A DNA stretch of 64,000 bases. It comes from Octopus vulgaris (Eukaryota). Below are positions 1 to 12,685 of the stretch, in pieces; position 1 is the stretch's first letter; every line of letters starts with the position of its first letter. The position numbers were made by a program, and so were the translations under genes. The notes beneath the pieces are model-generated. The model saw only the letters and a list, made by a program, of their open reading frames with translations. It searched no databases and was not told the origin of the DNA. The stretch lies in assembly GCA_951406725.2 (NCBI GenBank), contig OX597814.1, positions 58,342,001 through 58,406,000 on the forward strand. The letters run 5' to 3'.

Positions 1-140
1 TGGTTGCCCATTTATTGCTGACTGGACTGAAATGTTTTTGCTCAAGAACACAAAGCACACTTTATCTGGGAATCGAAACCATGGTCTTGTAATCAGGAGT
101 GCAATCAGGAGTGCAATGCCCTAACCACAAGGCGATGCAC
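1..140 (-). mobile_element. tRNA-derived SINE, 5' head (runs off window edge)
   Basis: Reverse complement reads gccttgtggttagggcattgcac...gtttcgattcccag...tgtgttcttgagcaa, giving A-box and B-box-like motifs. Similar to the heads at 19110-19210 and 54211-54305. Contains a 12-bp tandem duplication (aatcaggagtgc). Confidence 0.7.
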
Positions 141-170
141 GTGACTTCACTGACTTAATAAGAAATGCGG

Positions 171-171
<1 letters not shown>

Positions 172-223
<52 letters not shown>

Positions 224-362
224 TACATATAGATATACATTCATATATATATACATATACATATACATACATGCACATATATATATGTATGTATGTATGT
301 ATATATATGTGTGTGTGTAATACATATATATTACATATATTGCGATATATGTATGTATATAA
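172..362. repeat. (TA)n/(TACA)n/(TG)n compound microsatellite
   Basis: Directly visible; explains ORF 171..386. Confidence 0.95.
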
Positions 363-2321
363 GTGCTTTTTTACTGACATGCTCACGATTTTAAGATAGA
401 ATATAATGAAAATTTTAAAAAATAATGTGCACAGAAATCAATAGAGAAAAGGACATGGATCAATATTATCTACAGTACTGTATAATGTACCTGACATCGT
501 TGACTTGGACCACATGTTGAAAACGTGCTCTAGTGTGCAAACATATTTGACTTAAATATAAGAAAACTGATAAAGTAGAATGAAAACATTTATGGACTAT
601 TGGGGGTTGGGAAGCTTACAAAATTCTATACCTCAAGTATAGTTACAAACTTCTCTCTGCTTATCTTCATCAAAGCAAAGTATGTACCAACGCGCCTATC
701 ACAAATTATAATATAACATGTGTTTCTGAAAAGGAAATGTAAGTACATAATTCATATAATACAAACAGTAACGATATCTAGATGTATAAACATATTTCCG
801 AATAGTCTTTAGGTGGGAAGAGTAAATGTTTCTGTAAATGATGTTGCAAAGAAAATATTTTCTTCACGCCCTTACCTTGCATTGTGTAACTGCTCAGTTA
901 CGGCATACAATGAAAATGAAATGTTGCAGGCACGTACATACATATTTCATTGAAAACAAGAAAATATCATTGCTCATAGTTTATTATTTCTAGTAGAGTA
1001 AAAACAAACTCCGTGTGGCTTTCTATAAATTGCTGAATGATATTTATATATTTGATTATCAGTTTCTGTAATGTGTCTGATTTGTTACGTAAACTGAAAT
1101 TGGATATGATCAGGAAACGAAGGGTGTTTTCTTTTGAAATACTCTATAATAAAAGAAACATCAAAAATAAAAGATTTCTTTTGAATCCTTTATTTATTTA
1201 TTAGTATTTATTCGCTCAGAACATTTAAGGGCATAACCAGAGGAAGGTACCCACAGAAGTTGTTTTCTTATAAATTTGTGAAAATAAATGTTTATTAATG
1301 AAAGTGTCTGCAAATACGTTTTAGATGGCGCAGATTACGATTATATCAATATTTGCGGTGAAAAACGTTTTCAGAGAGGATGATCGGATATTTCACGCGC
1401 CGAAATATTATTTCCTTTCAGCATTCAGAAAAATGATATTTTTTAATGAAATGATCTCCAAATAACTTTCACGTGGTCTCAATTGCGGTTAATGAAAGGA
1501 AGACGGATATTTCATGCACCCTGAATTTGTTTACTCATTGTTTTGATAATTTAACATTTAAGCCAAAATAATTTCTTTGACATGCATGTGATCTCTGTTA
1601 TTTTAACAGACTATACAAACATCTTTGTGTTTTTTTTATAACAGAACATTTAAGATTGCGATTGATAACGAAAGAAATGCGATTTCAATAATGAGTGACA
1701 GCTTTGTACCGACCTTTGTACAAATATTTCAGAGGATTTGCAGGAGAAGGTGGAATATTATTTTTTTTCGATTTAATTATAATAAAAGTATAAAAACGCA
1801 TGAGGAAAATAAAGTCCTCATACTTGAAATATCGCCCTCCCAATTCATTTGTCGCTCCGAACTATGATATAGTCGAAATCTGCGCTATTCGAGAGTTATT
1901 TGTAGGAAACATAATTTGAAAGTATTCACTTCCCTGAAAGTTATGTGGCGATAAAATCGTTCTTAGGGTAGGGTATATGTGTAGGTATGTCAAATTAAAT
2001 TAAATTAAAGCTAGTTTTGTTCAGTTTTCTATGTCTTTAACAACACCCGGTAAATGCGAAACGATACTGGAATCAACATGAATGGATTCATGCTAGATTA
2101 AACCTACAATTATATAGCATGTAGCGTTATAATTACTTAGGCAACATTTCCAAAAGGATAAATAAACGTTAAATTAACTAGCAGTAAACTGAAATTGAAT
2201 ACGATTTCGGAATGAAGCTTGTTCTTGAAATACTTTAGGATAAAAGAAGCATAAAAAGTGTATTTTAACCCCAAATATATATTAAAACTGGAATTTATAA
2301 AAAAATTCTCTACAGTTTATA

Positions 2322-2740
2322 GGCGCAGGAGTGGCTGTGTGGTAAGTAGCTTGCTAACCAACCACATGATTCCGGGTTCAGTCCACTGCGTGGCATCTTG
2401 GGCAAGTGTCTTCTGCTATAGCCCCGGGCCGACCAATGCCTTGTGAGTGGATTTGGTAGACGGAAACTGAAAGAAGCCTGTCGTATATATGTATATGTAT
2501 ATATGTATGTGTGTGTGCTTGTGTGCCTGTGTTTGTTCCCCTAGCATTGCTTGACAATCGATGCTGGTGTGTTTACGTCTCCGTCACCTAGCGGTTCGGC
2601 AAAATAGACCGATAGAATAAGTACTGGGCTTACAAAAAAGAATAAGTCCCGGGGTCAAGTTGCTCGACTAAAGGCGGTGCTCCAGCATGGCCACAGTCAA
2701 ATGACTGAAACAAGTAAAAGAGAAAAAGAGAGAAAGAGAG
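2322..2740 (+). mobile_element. Full-length tRNA-related SINE with internal (TA/TG)n and an L2-like 3' end
   Basis: Head ggcgcaggagtggctgtgtggtaag...gggttcagtcc, then ttgggcaagtgtctt, an internal microsatellite, a 3' block ggcggtgctccagcatggccacagtcaaatgactgaaacaagtaaaag and a GA-rich tail. A decayed antisense copy lies at 25083-25305. Confidence 0.85.
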
Positions 2741-3954
2741 TTTAGTCATTAATAATTGGTTTTATAATTGTAAAAGTTACATGATTACAGTTAATTTAAA
2801 AAGCAATTATGTTCATTATGGTATATGTTCGGGTGATGAAAGTGTTTGTGAATAATGAAAACGACAGAGCTTTGAATAAAATATTTGCTTTCTGAGTTCA
2901 AATCACGCCGAGATCAGATTTCTCTTTTCTACTTTCTGGGTCTATGGATGAAATCCACTTGCATTGAGAATCGTTGTTCTGCTTCTTTTTTGCCTACATC
3001 TATGACTCTCTCAAATTCATGAAGAAACCCCCCTATTAAGGGCTGATATGGAAACGGATGGTCTACGTAAGATCTGATGATTGCCCATCAAGCTGCACGT
3101 TTGGACAAGGATCCTATAACCACGTTACTTATTGAGTGCAACACGAATATTATTTTGTTTATGTTATTCTATACTCTAATTTTGTAACATTGATGTAGAA
3201 AATATCAGCGGCCTTACTTCCTGGAACCTACTTCCTATTTGGTATGAACAGTTTTTCGTTTAGTCGGTTTTTTATTTTCAATAGTATTGATTTAACCATC
3301 GTTGTTGTAACATTATCAACTCTAATGCACAAAAACTACATTTTACAACGAGTCCGTTTATTTTGCTAGACTGTAGGCCAAGTTTTAAGTGGGATTTTGA
3401 GTAGCATTTATCAATAGATCGTGTGGCTTCCTAGAGAGTACTCTTAGTCGTCTGGAGATCTTAGTGATTTCGGAAATGTCAACGAACTTCCAGTCATGGA
3501 ACATCAATGGATGCACATATAATATTAAATCTATGAGTACATGGATATATTTTTATTTTTACGAACAATTTTCATATATTGTTAGTAATAAAAGTTAATC
3601 TGAGTAGAGTTATTTTATTAATACTAAGGTTGCTAAAGTATAATCCGTTTTCTATAGCTACCTTAATGTATGCGTACATTCAATGAATAGATCTATATCT
3701 TGATTCCTTACATGAAGATTTGTGTTCATAAATTCATGTATTCAGTGCAAATATTAGCTGCATAAACTTAATATGGTTCCTGGAAATGAAGTCTACAGAG
3801 TCTGCTGACGTATTTATATGCATACGTCCATATACATGCATACGTAAATATAGACATAGAGTCACTAATTAACACACATATAAATACGTACGTGCACATG
3901 CAGGAATATATACTGCGTTCATAATTTATACATATATAGAATATATTGAACATT

Positions 3955-4124
3955 TCTACCTACCTACCTACCTACCTACCTACCTACTTACATACATACA
4001 TACATATCTGTCTATCTATCTATCTATCTTATCAATCTATCTATCTCTCAACATCTGTCTCTCTCTCCCTCTCTCTTTCTCCACACACACACACACACAC
4101 ATATATATACATACATATATATAT

Positions 4125-4160
<36 letters not shown>
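3955..4160. repeat. Compound (CTAC)n/(TATC)n/(CT)n/(CA)n/(TA)n microsatellite
   Basis: Directly visible. Confidence 0.95.
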
Positions 4161-4163
<3 letters not shown>

Positions 4164-4587
4164 TATAATAGCTGAATACATAGGTGCATGTTTACATACA
4201 GTGGGGTATTGAGAAGCACTATCACACACGCATACACACAAAGACACAAACTCACTTGCAAGGGGCATATACATGGATGAAGATATCTCTATATACGTTT
4301 ATATATATTAGTTGGTATTATCTACGTCGACGTGATAATTACACAGCAGGTAACTGTCTAATCATGGGGTGTTGATTAAATATACACATAACCCTGTCGT
4401 CACATTTAATGAAATGAGTATATTGATTTTCATGTAGCAATTTCAAATTAGAATCTAAACGTATTGTAGCTGTGTTAACATTTCTTGTATAATCAGCAAT
4501 GTGTGTAGCAATAAACCATTCAGTTCCATTTGATGTATCTGGAAAATACTTTACTCTGGATATGTTGTATATATAAATAATACACAT

Positions 4588-4624
<37 letters not shown>

Positions 4625-4647
4625 AATACATGTGTATATATATATAA

Positions 4648-4704
<57 letters not shown>

Positions 4705-5045
4705 TATATGTATACGTTCTCTTGCACCACCCATGCTGGCGTTTGGAAAAAAACTTTTATTATTCATGATTGTGTTTCTGTACACCGTATGATTTCCAAT
4801 TATCCTTTGCTTGTTTAAGTTTGTACTGTTTTCAAACAAAAGTTTTATTTTTATTTTGGCATTAATTACAATAGCATTTCAATAGCACATATATGCGTTC
4901 AATCATTTCTGTGGTTATATAGCTTATTGGAAGCGTAATTTAATGTTAGGAAATTCACTACATATTTTCTAATATATAAACAAATATCTGATTACGTATC
5001 AAGATCCCTACCTTAGTGCATAACCCGGCCTTTCTCTCATTCTAT

Positions 5046-5091
<46 letters not shown>

Positions 5092-5137
5092 AACACACAT
5101 ATATGTAATATTGTACATGCATGCAGACATACAAATG

Positions 5138-5224
<87 letters not shown>

Positions 5225-5230
5225 ATACTG
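5046..5230. repeat. (CA)n and (TA)n microsatellite
   Basis: Directly visible. Confidence 0.95.
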
Positions 5231-5239
5231 TATGGATGA

Positions 5240-5730
5240 TGGAAGCACTCCGTCGGTAACGACGATGAGGGTTCCGGTTGATCCGAATAAACGGAAAGCC
5301 TGCTCGTGAAATTAACGTGTAAGTGACTGAGCACTCCACAGACACGTGCACCCTTAACGTAGTTCTCGGGGATATTCAGCGTGACACAGAGAGTGACAAG
5401 GCCGGCCCCTTGAAATACAGGTACAACAGAAACAAGAAGTAAGAGTGAAAGAGAGGATCACCACAACGGAGGCTCGTGGAGCTTTTAGGTGACACTCACA
5501 AGTACAGCAGGGATCGATCCTATGACCATCCCCTACCGGAGCCTCGTAGGAGCTTTTAGGTGTTTTATGAATTCAAGTAACGAAGATTGAACACTTGCAT
5601 TCAACGTGTCGCCCGGTCTGGGAATCGAAATCCGTTGCGAAAAAACAAAACCAGAGGCGGAGACCGAACGAGGCTTCGCTGCCAAACTCTGTTCTGTTTT
5701 TGTTTAACCACTGGGCCTATTGCGCCTCCC
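5240..5730 (-). mobile_element. tRNA(Arg)-like-headed SINE (octopus OR/OK-like), 5' half scrambled
   Basis: Collinear with the copy at 41910-42243 (cactccgt.ggt.acgacga...cgtgaaattaacgtgtaagtg...cccggtctgg.aatcgaaa...aaccactgggcc). Confidence 0.8.
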
Positions 5731-5912
5731 GATATCGAATTCTGTATATATGTATAGAAAATGTATATATATATATATTTATATCACTATATATGTATGT
5801 CAATTATCCGTACGCATGGTTGCAACACCATATATATACCTCCAATCGTGCTATATATATTTTGCTAGGTATCGGTTAAACTTTTGATTAATCTGCAACA
5901 AGATTATCATCT

Positions 5913-5968
<56 letters not shown>

Positions 5969-6277
5969 TTTTACTATGTTCGTACACAAGCTTCCCATAT
6001 GTCTTTATTTCTTTCTTACTTTTTAATTTTTATTTTTTAAATATTTATCATGTTTTCCTTTTACCTTTTTTCCTATTAAATTGTGTGAATGTATACGTGT
6101 ATGAGTATATGTATATACATATTTTCATAAATATATGTGTGTGCGTGTGAATGTATGTGCATGTGTATATATATGCATATGAGTGTAAGACTGTGGTGCA
6201 TAAGTGCGACTTTCATGCACACACACCCTTCCTTTATACGGATATGCATATATTTGCATATGTGCGAGTTTAGGTGT

Positions 6278-6312
<35 letters not shown>

Positions 6313-6659
6313 ACATAAGAAAATAAAGAAGGAAATGCACACCCTTTACTCACTTTTAAAATAATTTTTAATATATCTTATATTGTCTTTGTTAACCGGT
6401 TTGCGTTCAATATTCATGATATTAGGATTTATTTAAATACGTATTTTCTTAAGAAGAATTTTTTTGTCCATGTTGTCTGTGAAAGATCTAAGGAGAGGTA
6501 ATTGGTTACCGTTATTATTGTGGGCAGAGGTCAGTAGGGGCGGAGGAACATATATGTATATACACAAAACTAGAGCAGCTTGGAAAATATGTACAGTGAT
6601 GGGTAAGTAATCTTGAATTAATATATTTAACGTGATCACAGTTCATTATATATGAAGTA

Positions 6660-7190
6660 TCACTCCGAAAATATGGTTATATTGTTCATTTTACATAAGT
6701 GAAAGCAGGAAAATATACCAGAATGACTGTTTTATCATTTGGAAGGAGACCATTGACAAACGTTTGGACTTCAAATAACACTAGATAATATAAATTGTAA
6801 CATTCAATTCACAATGGAATATAGCAAAGAACAGCTCCCACTTTATTATGATAAAAAGCAACAACCAAATTATAACTGACCTCTATCATAAACCAATGAA
6901 CTCGGAACAATATATCCTCTTTAGCTCATGCCGCCTGAAACATCAAAATAAATATCCCCTTCAATTTAGCAAAAATATTTGCACAATAGTGTCTGATACA
7001 ACTACTAGGGACCACCGTCTTCAAGACTTCAAATCAACACCAACTGAAAGACAATATCTACCCTCACTTATAGACGATGGAATTTAGTGTGCCAAGAAAT
7101 TAGTCATAAAAATACTGAAGACAACAAGGCATAACACCACACCACATCTCAAAACACTACTGTGCATATCAACCCACATTCCTAGACACA
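6660..7190 (+). pseudogene. Penelope-like element RT fragment (palm and thumb), decayed
   Basis: Broken frames give (D)DCFIIW, IQFTMEYSKEQLP, ITDLYHKP.NSEQYILFSSC and ICTIVSD, typical of the C-terminal half of a PLE RT. Confidence 0.8.
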
Positions 7191-7383
7191 ATGAATGAAT
7201 GAATTATCCTTTGTTTACCGTTAACATGGAAAATTCAATAAACAGTTACCAGGGTAGCAAAATTCACGCAAGTAACAAGGATGTAGCGACCTATTCAAAG
7301 GTAGAAACTCCGGGTTAATGTGTAATTTGTATAGTATAAGTAAATAAATGGAGTTGAACGCAGATGCTATTCAAATTCTTTTA

Positions 7384-7468
7384 CTTGCGACATATGTTTA
7401 GAAGACAACATTGGTTTTATTCAAAAGGAATAAACCGTGGAAAAAATGGAGTCTTCTCATCAGGAAAG
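7384..7468 (-). ncRNA. Type I hammerhead ribozyme remnant (PLE-associated)
   Basis: Minus strand: CUUUC-CUGAUGA-GAAGAC...GUCUUC-UAAA-CAUAUGUC-GCAAG. The sister copy at 52069-52091 has the canonical GUCUUC-GAAA-CAUAUGUC-GAAAG. Confidence 0.75.
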
Positions 7469-7741
7469 AAAGAGAACCTATCTCAACAACAAAGCATTAT
7501 AAAAAATTTGATAACTGCATAAATGATAAACAGAACATTAAGTATATAAAAAAAAAACCGTTAGTAGATTCGACGTCAAAGGCAGATCCTAGGAAGAGAA
7601 GGGGTAAAGAAATAATAAGTAGAGAACAAATAAAGAGGGATATTTTGATTGAAAAAATGTTCAAAGGCATGAAATTAGATTCCCCTATTGAAGTAAAGTG
7701 CAATTTGAACTAAATGTTCAAACTATAAAGACTGGTAAAAA

Positions 7742-8131
7742 TCACTTATATGAGCTAAAGGTATGTGTCTGCCAGTGCTTACATTTGTAAGATCGCTCTA
7801 TAAGTGTGTTAGCAAGGCCATTCTTAGAGAAGAGAATATGGAAGATTTCAGAGTTGCAAATGTTACAAAATCCTTTGCCTTTATCATAAGGGAAAGATAT
7901 GGACAGGATGAACCAATCTAACTTAAAATCCTTATTGTTGTCTTTAAGATACCAAACCAATTTACTTAACCCTGTGCTATAACGTTTCCTGCTATCTCTA
8001 AATGAAGAATAATGATTGGAATTTCCCTTAGATAACTGGGAAGATGATGCGCCAATGTAGAAGTAGACATCTGCACCGCAAGAAATTTTACATTGGTATA
8101 TAGAATTCTTAATCTTAGAATTATTAGACAT
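7742..8131 (-). pseudogene. GIY-YIG endonuclease domain of a Penelope-like element (5'-truncated)
   Basis: SIYQCKISC...FYIGAS...NHYSSFR...STGLSKLVWYLK...W.I...PY...CNICNSE...CKH matches the C-terminal PLE endonuclease pattern. Confidence 0.85.
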
Positions 8132-8224
8132 AAATTTAATTCTGTTGGGGTTAGGGATAGCAGTAAACGTTATAGCACAGGGTTAAGTAATTTGGTTTGG
8201 TATCTTAAAGACAATAATAATGAT

Positions 8225-8370
8225 TTTGGCAGAATTGTTAGAATGCAGGGCAAAACGCTTAGCGGAATTTTGTCCATTCTGAAGTTCTGAATTCAAATTC
8301 CACAGAGGCCTGCTATGCTTTCCATCGTTTCCGGTTCGATGAAATAAGTAACAGTTGAGTACAGGAGACG
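8225..8370 (+). mobile_element. Decayed SINE, same family as 8562-8792
   Basis: tggcagaattgttag...cttagcggaattt...ttcaaattcc...tttccatcgtttccggttcgatgaaataagtaacag. Confidence 0.65.
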
Positions 8371-8561
8371 AAATTGCTGGCTTTGGGAATTAGTAACGAT
8401 AGTACACCCCTTCCACGTGACGAACGTATAACGTAGACTCGGGTGAAATTCCTCTCTCCCATTTATCATATATACGTGCATGCGACCGTAGCAGGGAACA
8501 ACTAGCCGTTGACCGCTTGTTGGATCCCGTTATCTGGGGGCAGTCCACATTCATTACGTCT

Positions 8562-8792
8562 GCGAGTATGTGGCAGAAACGTTAGCACGCCGGGCGAAAT
8601 GCGTACCCGTATTTCGTCTGCCGTTACGTTCCGAGTTCAAATTCCGCCGAGGTTGACTTTGCCTTTCATCCATTCGGGGTCTATAAATTAAGTACCAGTT
8701 ACGCACTGGGGTCGGTATAATCGACTTAATCCGTTTGTCTGTCCTTGTTTGTCCTGTCTGTGTTTAGCCCCTTGTGGGTAGTAAAAAATAGG
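8562..8792 (+). mobile_element. tRNA-derived SINE with conserved central domain (Meta/Nin-like) and a Tx1-like 3' tail
   Basis: Head tggcagaaacgttagc...gagttcaaattcc; core gcctttcatccattcggggtctataaattaagtaccag; tail tctgtgtttagccccttgtgggtagtaaaaaa resembles the end of the LINE at 38176-38210. The core-domain name is from memory and tentative. Confidence 0.85.
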
Positions 8793-9345
8793 TATGTGGA
8801 AAATACATTTTCCATCTCGTGTGTGATACAAGATGCAAAGAACGAAGGGGATTTAAATGTTGCGTGGTTTGATCTGCCTTGATCTTATGGTTCTGTACCA
8901 CACAAATTGTTTGATGGAAGCAATGGACTTTTTTCAAAAACTGAAAGAAATTAAGAATCTAATAAGGAGCTACTAAAACAATTTCAAATTACAGTTCATT
9001 GCAGAAAATTTCACAACAGATTGGCATCATCTTGAATTTGGAATTGCTGCATCTTGCATAATATCAATGATTTAGTTGGAGCTTGTTATGGAGATGCTTC
9101 TTAGATCAGAAAGATTATTCAGAAGAAATAGCTCAAGTTATAATTATCTAAGAAGGAATTAATGGATGACTTAATAATACTAAAAAGAAATCAAATGGAT
9201 ATGCAAATAGTTCTGGATAGATGAGATGAACTAACTACTTGGTTAAGAATGTGGTTTAAAGCAAATTGGTAATGCAGTCTTTCATTTGTCAAAGGTCAGA
9301 AGATGCAAGTGGAATTTAAAATAGTAGAAGAAACGATGCCAAAGT
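8793..9345 (+). pseudogene. RLE-type LINE (Hero/R2-group) RT fragment, decayed
   Basis: Broken frames give IQDAK...DLNVAWFDL..SYGSVPHKL, AMDFF, FTTDWHHLEFGIAASC.IS, MDDL and W.RM.FK. Confidence 0.7.
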
Positions 9346-10195
9346 TTAAAGTTTAGCATATCATTAAATGTTCTCTTAACCATTATCATGCTGTTGTGTC
9401 TTTTTACGTCTGGCTCTATTGGTTCTATTCAATTTCTCTATATTGCAACAGCCGTATGATGCGGTACCAAAGAGCCATTCTCGTCACCTCACATCACCCA
9501 GCCTTTATAAATGGAATAACCTAGTTCCTATAAGTAAAGAGAAGTACGTGAAATACCAGAGTACGTACTTGACAGCCATCTTGTTGATTGCTGTGCAACT
9601 ACTGCCTTTGTGTGGAACACGTCTGTTTTGCCGTATTGTGGCTGTGTTGTTCGACGTCTTCCCTCTTGTGTGATGGGGGCACATCGTGCTAGTTCCGTTC
9701 GTTGTAGTCTGTGAGTTTGTGAAGTTTTGTATTCAAAATTGGATTTAGCTGTTATTTGCTATTGATCAAGGCTTTTCTGCTCTCCTCCCTTAACAGAGGT
9801 GGGTGGGATGGCCAGATTTTTCTGCATAGTAGCCATAGTGATAGAAATAGTATGGAGAACACGGGTGAAAGATATCGCGACAGGTTCCTTTATTTGTAGC
9901 TGAAGTCTGGTTAATTATTTTAACTATCACTTCAGGAGTAAAATCAGGCTGGAAAAGACATACCTGTCGCACAGTATGTTCCCAAAATGATAGCTAAATG
10001 TTGAAAGAAATTTGAGAATGGATGGAACCGGCTGAGTCTAGCCATCCGACCAGGAAAAAAGGGAATGTAGGTTAATGGTGGTAGGCTTATTAGCCCAGGC
10101 AACTTACACATTCTTAATCGAATTTCATTTATTAAAAAGAATAATTTAACATCATATATTTGTAAACATTAACGGTTAAGACACGATAGAATTTA

Positions 10196-10256
10196 TGTTT
10201 GTCTGTCCTTTTACCGTCCCCTCTGTGTTCTGCCCTGTGTGGCAAATAAGGAAAAA
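10196..10256 (+). mobile_element. Isolated 3' terminus of a Tx1-like LINE or of the Tx1-tailed SINE
   Basis: tttgtctgtccttttaccgtcccctctgtgttctgccctgtgtggcaaataaggaaaaa aligns with both 8735-8790 and 38165-38210. Confidence 0.6.
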
Positions 10257-11389
10257 GTACTTAGTTGGTGGTCAGAGATAGTTATGTCTTTACTGGTTTT
10301 ACTAAGTATACTGTATACGGAATTCGGCGTTATAACAATCCAACATCGAAAGGATCAAAATTTGAAACCAATATTTTCTTGCATGTTTTCTAAATATAGG
10401 TTTTGATTATAAAGATATTTCAAATATTAGGCCTTCTTTCTCATAATGTGCTGGGATTTAATCACCATAAATGGCTTTTCAAATACTTTCATAATAGCGC
10501 TGTATTCCACATTATTGTATAATCATATCTATCACCAAGGGACATGCTTCCAATCAATTAGACTATCAGTAATTTCTAATTCATTACATAATTCTCTTTG
10601 CAAAACAGAAAACCAAGACCGCAAAATATAACAAAACATCATGTCAGTAATATTTTTGTGTCGTCTGTTTTCTATCTTTCCTTTTACTTTTTTTAAATTT
10701 TGGCTCCCTGTCAGTTTTACACCCAACTAATGTTTCTTTCCCGAGATGGGAACACCTTTCCCATCCTGTTTCTTTAATTTAAAGGAAGTAGGAGGGAAAC
10801 ATCTATAAATTCACTTCAATTAAGATAGAAATGGACCCTTGGCTCTAAGGAATTTTGACGTTATATAATTGGTGCTAATAAAGGAAAAAAAGAAAAGAAA
10901 ACGATTTCGATATACATACTTAGAAGACAGTTAAAACAAATATCTATGTAGTTCTCAAAACACCACACTCTAAAGGTTTATACAAAGCCACTATATTCCT
11001 AAGAGAACACATATGCACAACATAAAAAAAATAAAAACAATAGTTGTCTTTATTATAGATTAAGTCAGTTAAGTAATTCGATTGTCAGTGAAGTACTTGA
11101 GGAAGAATATAATATAAGGTAATCCATATCATTACCGGTTGTGTGCATATCTTACTCTGACTTACACAAGAGAATAAAAATGCTAACTTATTAAGAACTT
11201 CCTGGATACACTACGAACTTAAAACTTTGTTTTTAGTAATTCTCAAATTAGCAGAGCACGAATATAATGCATCAGTTTAGCCAGCGCAGGCCACCAACGA
11301 CACTAAATTGAACATGAATATAAACCTAGCATGATCATTTTATCTCCAGAATCCAAATAGCTATGGTAACATACATATATATGGTATTT

Positions 11390-11950
11390 AGAGGAATAAC
11401 AGACACACTGCGACTGAATGCATATTATCTCCTTCCGCTCTGACCGATAGCACAGCTGATATACAGATCTGAAAATACAGGGTGGAGGAAAAATAGGGAG
11501 CATAATTAGACTGCAAAACTGCATATCATCCGATAAAGGAATACATGTCAGAGTACAGATGTAAGGATAGATTTGAGAGAAATACTTAAGATCACAAAGG
11601 ATTTTATTCCATATTTCAATCTTCGGTTTAAGCGTCAATACTATCACCAATTAATACCATCATTACTGAAAAACCACTATAATCCAATCCAACATCACTA
11701 CTAGTCAAAACCACCCTGTCAATATTGTTCCAATAAAATGTGGTAACAGCTAAACGTTTTTATATAACACAACTGCTAATTACTATCAACAACTAAGTAT
11801 AGGTAAAGAGAGAAAATAATAGGAACAATTGTACATTAATGAATGAGAGAGACAAAAGCTACATAAATATAAATTTACAAAAAGACGTTATGAATAAAAC
11901 AGCGTCAGCCATAAGAGACCATTCGTCAGGTATGAAAAGCTGTTGGACTT
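11390..11950 (+). pseudogene. Possible APE endonuclease relic of a CR1/L2-type LINE
   Basis: Only FRSDR...K.QGGG (about 11430-11490) and a distant DH-like motif are recognisable; heavily decayed. Confidence 0.3.
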
Positions 11951-12607
11951 CAGTACCTACCAATTATAGCAGAGAATTAGGGTAAAAGAAAATATAAATC
12001 AGATCAATGCCAACAGTATTAAATGAACAGTAATAATATCCGAAGATAGATTAACTAAATGAAAAATTGTTAAGACAATTAGGTCAATGTTTTACAAGTA
12101 AACTAGAATCGATGTAAGACCAGAGTATAACACACAAGTGAAAGAAAAGTTATACTATAGACGTATTAGATTAATATTCAAAACTGGATTCTATACAAAG
12201 AATAGTTAATAATTATCAACACACCCTTCCCCGTTTTAGTCTTAATATTCTCAAAGGAAAGTGCGTAGAATTAGTAAATCTAATTTAGAAAATATAAAAC
12301 AAATAATAACAGTGTTTATATTGAACTATTTAAAATGCAGTAAATAAAGTTTATTACATTTACAAGAAGAAAAGTTGTGGAGAAAAGTTATGAGCCGAAT
12401 ATTGTTGGGAAATATCTATTGTAAGCATTTATATAATTGTTCAAGCTTTGTGATACACTAAAGAATAAAGTAAACTAATATAAATATCAAAATAGTTATA
12501 AATGAAGTTCATAGAAATGGTTATACAAACATAGAATCTTAACATTTCAGCAACACATACTCACACGCATGCATGTATGCATATCTATTTCGCTATGCAC
12601 ACAGGCG

Positions 12608-12682
<75 letters not shown>

Positions 12683-12685
<3 letters not shown>

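Larger units (their letters stand above)
7200..8220 (-). mobile_element. Penelope-like element 3' portion (GIY-YIG, pseudo-LTR with hammerhead remnant, inverted 5' piece)
   Basis: GIY-YIG ORF at 7742-8131 and a downstream HHR-like motif at 7384-7468. The terminal segment is shared with 52020-52122. Inverted duplication 7932-8001 / 8151-8220. Confidence 0.8.
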
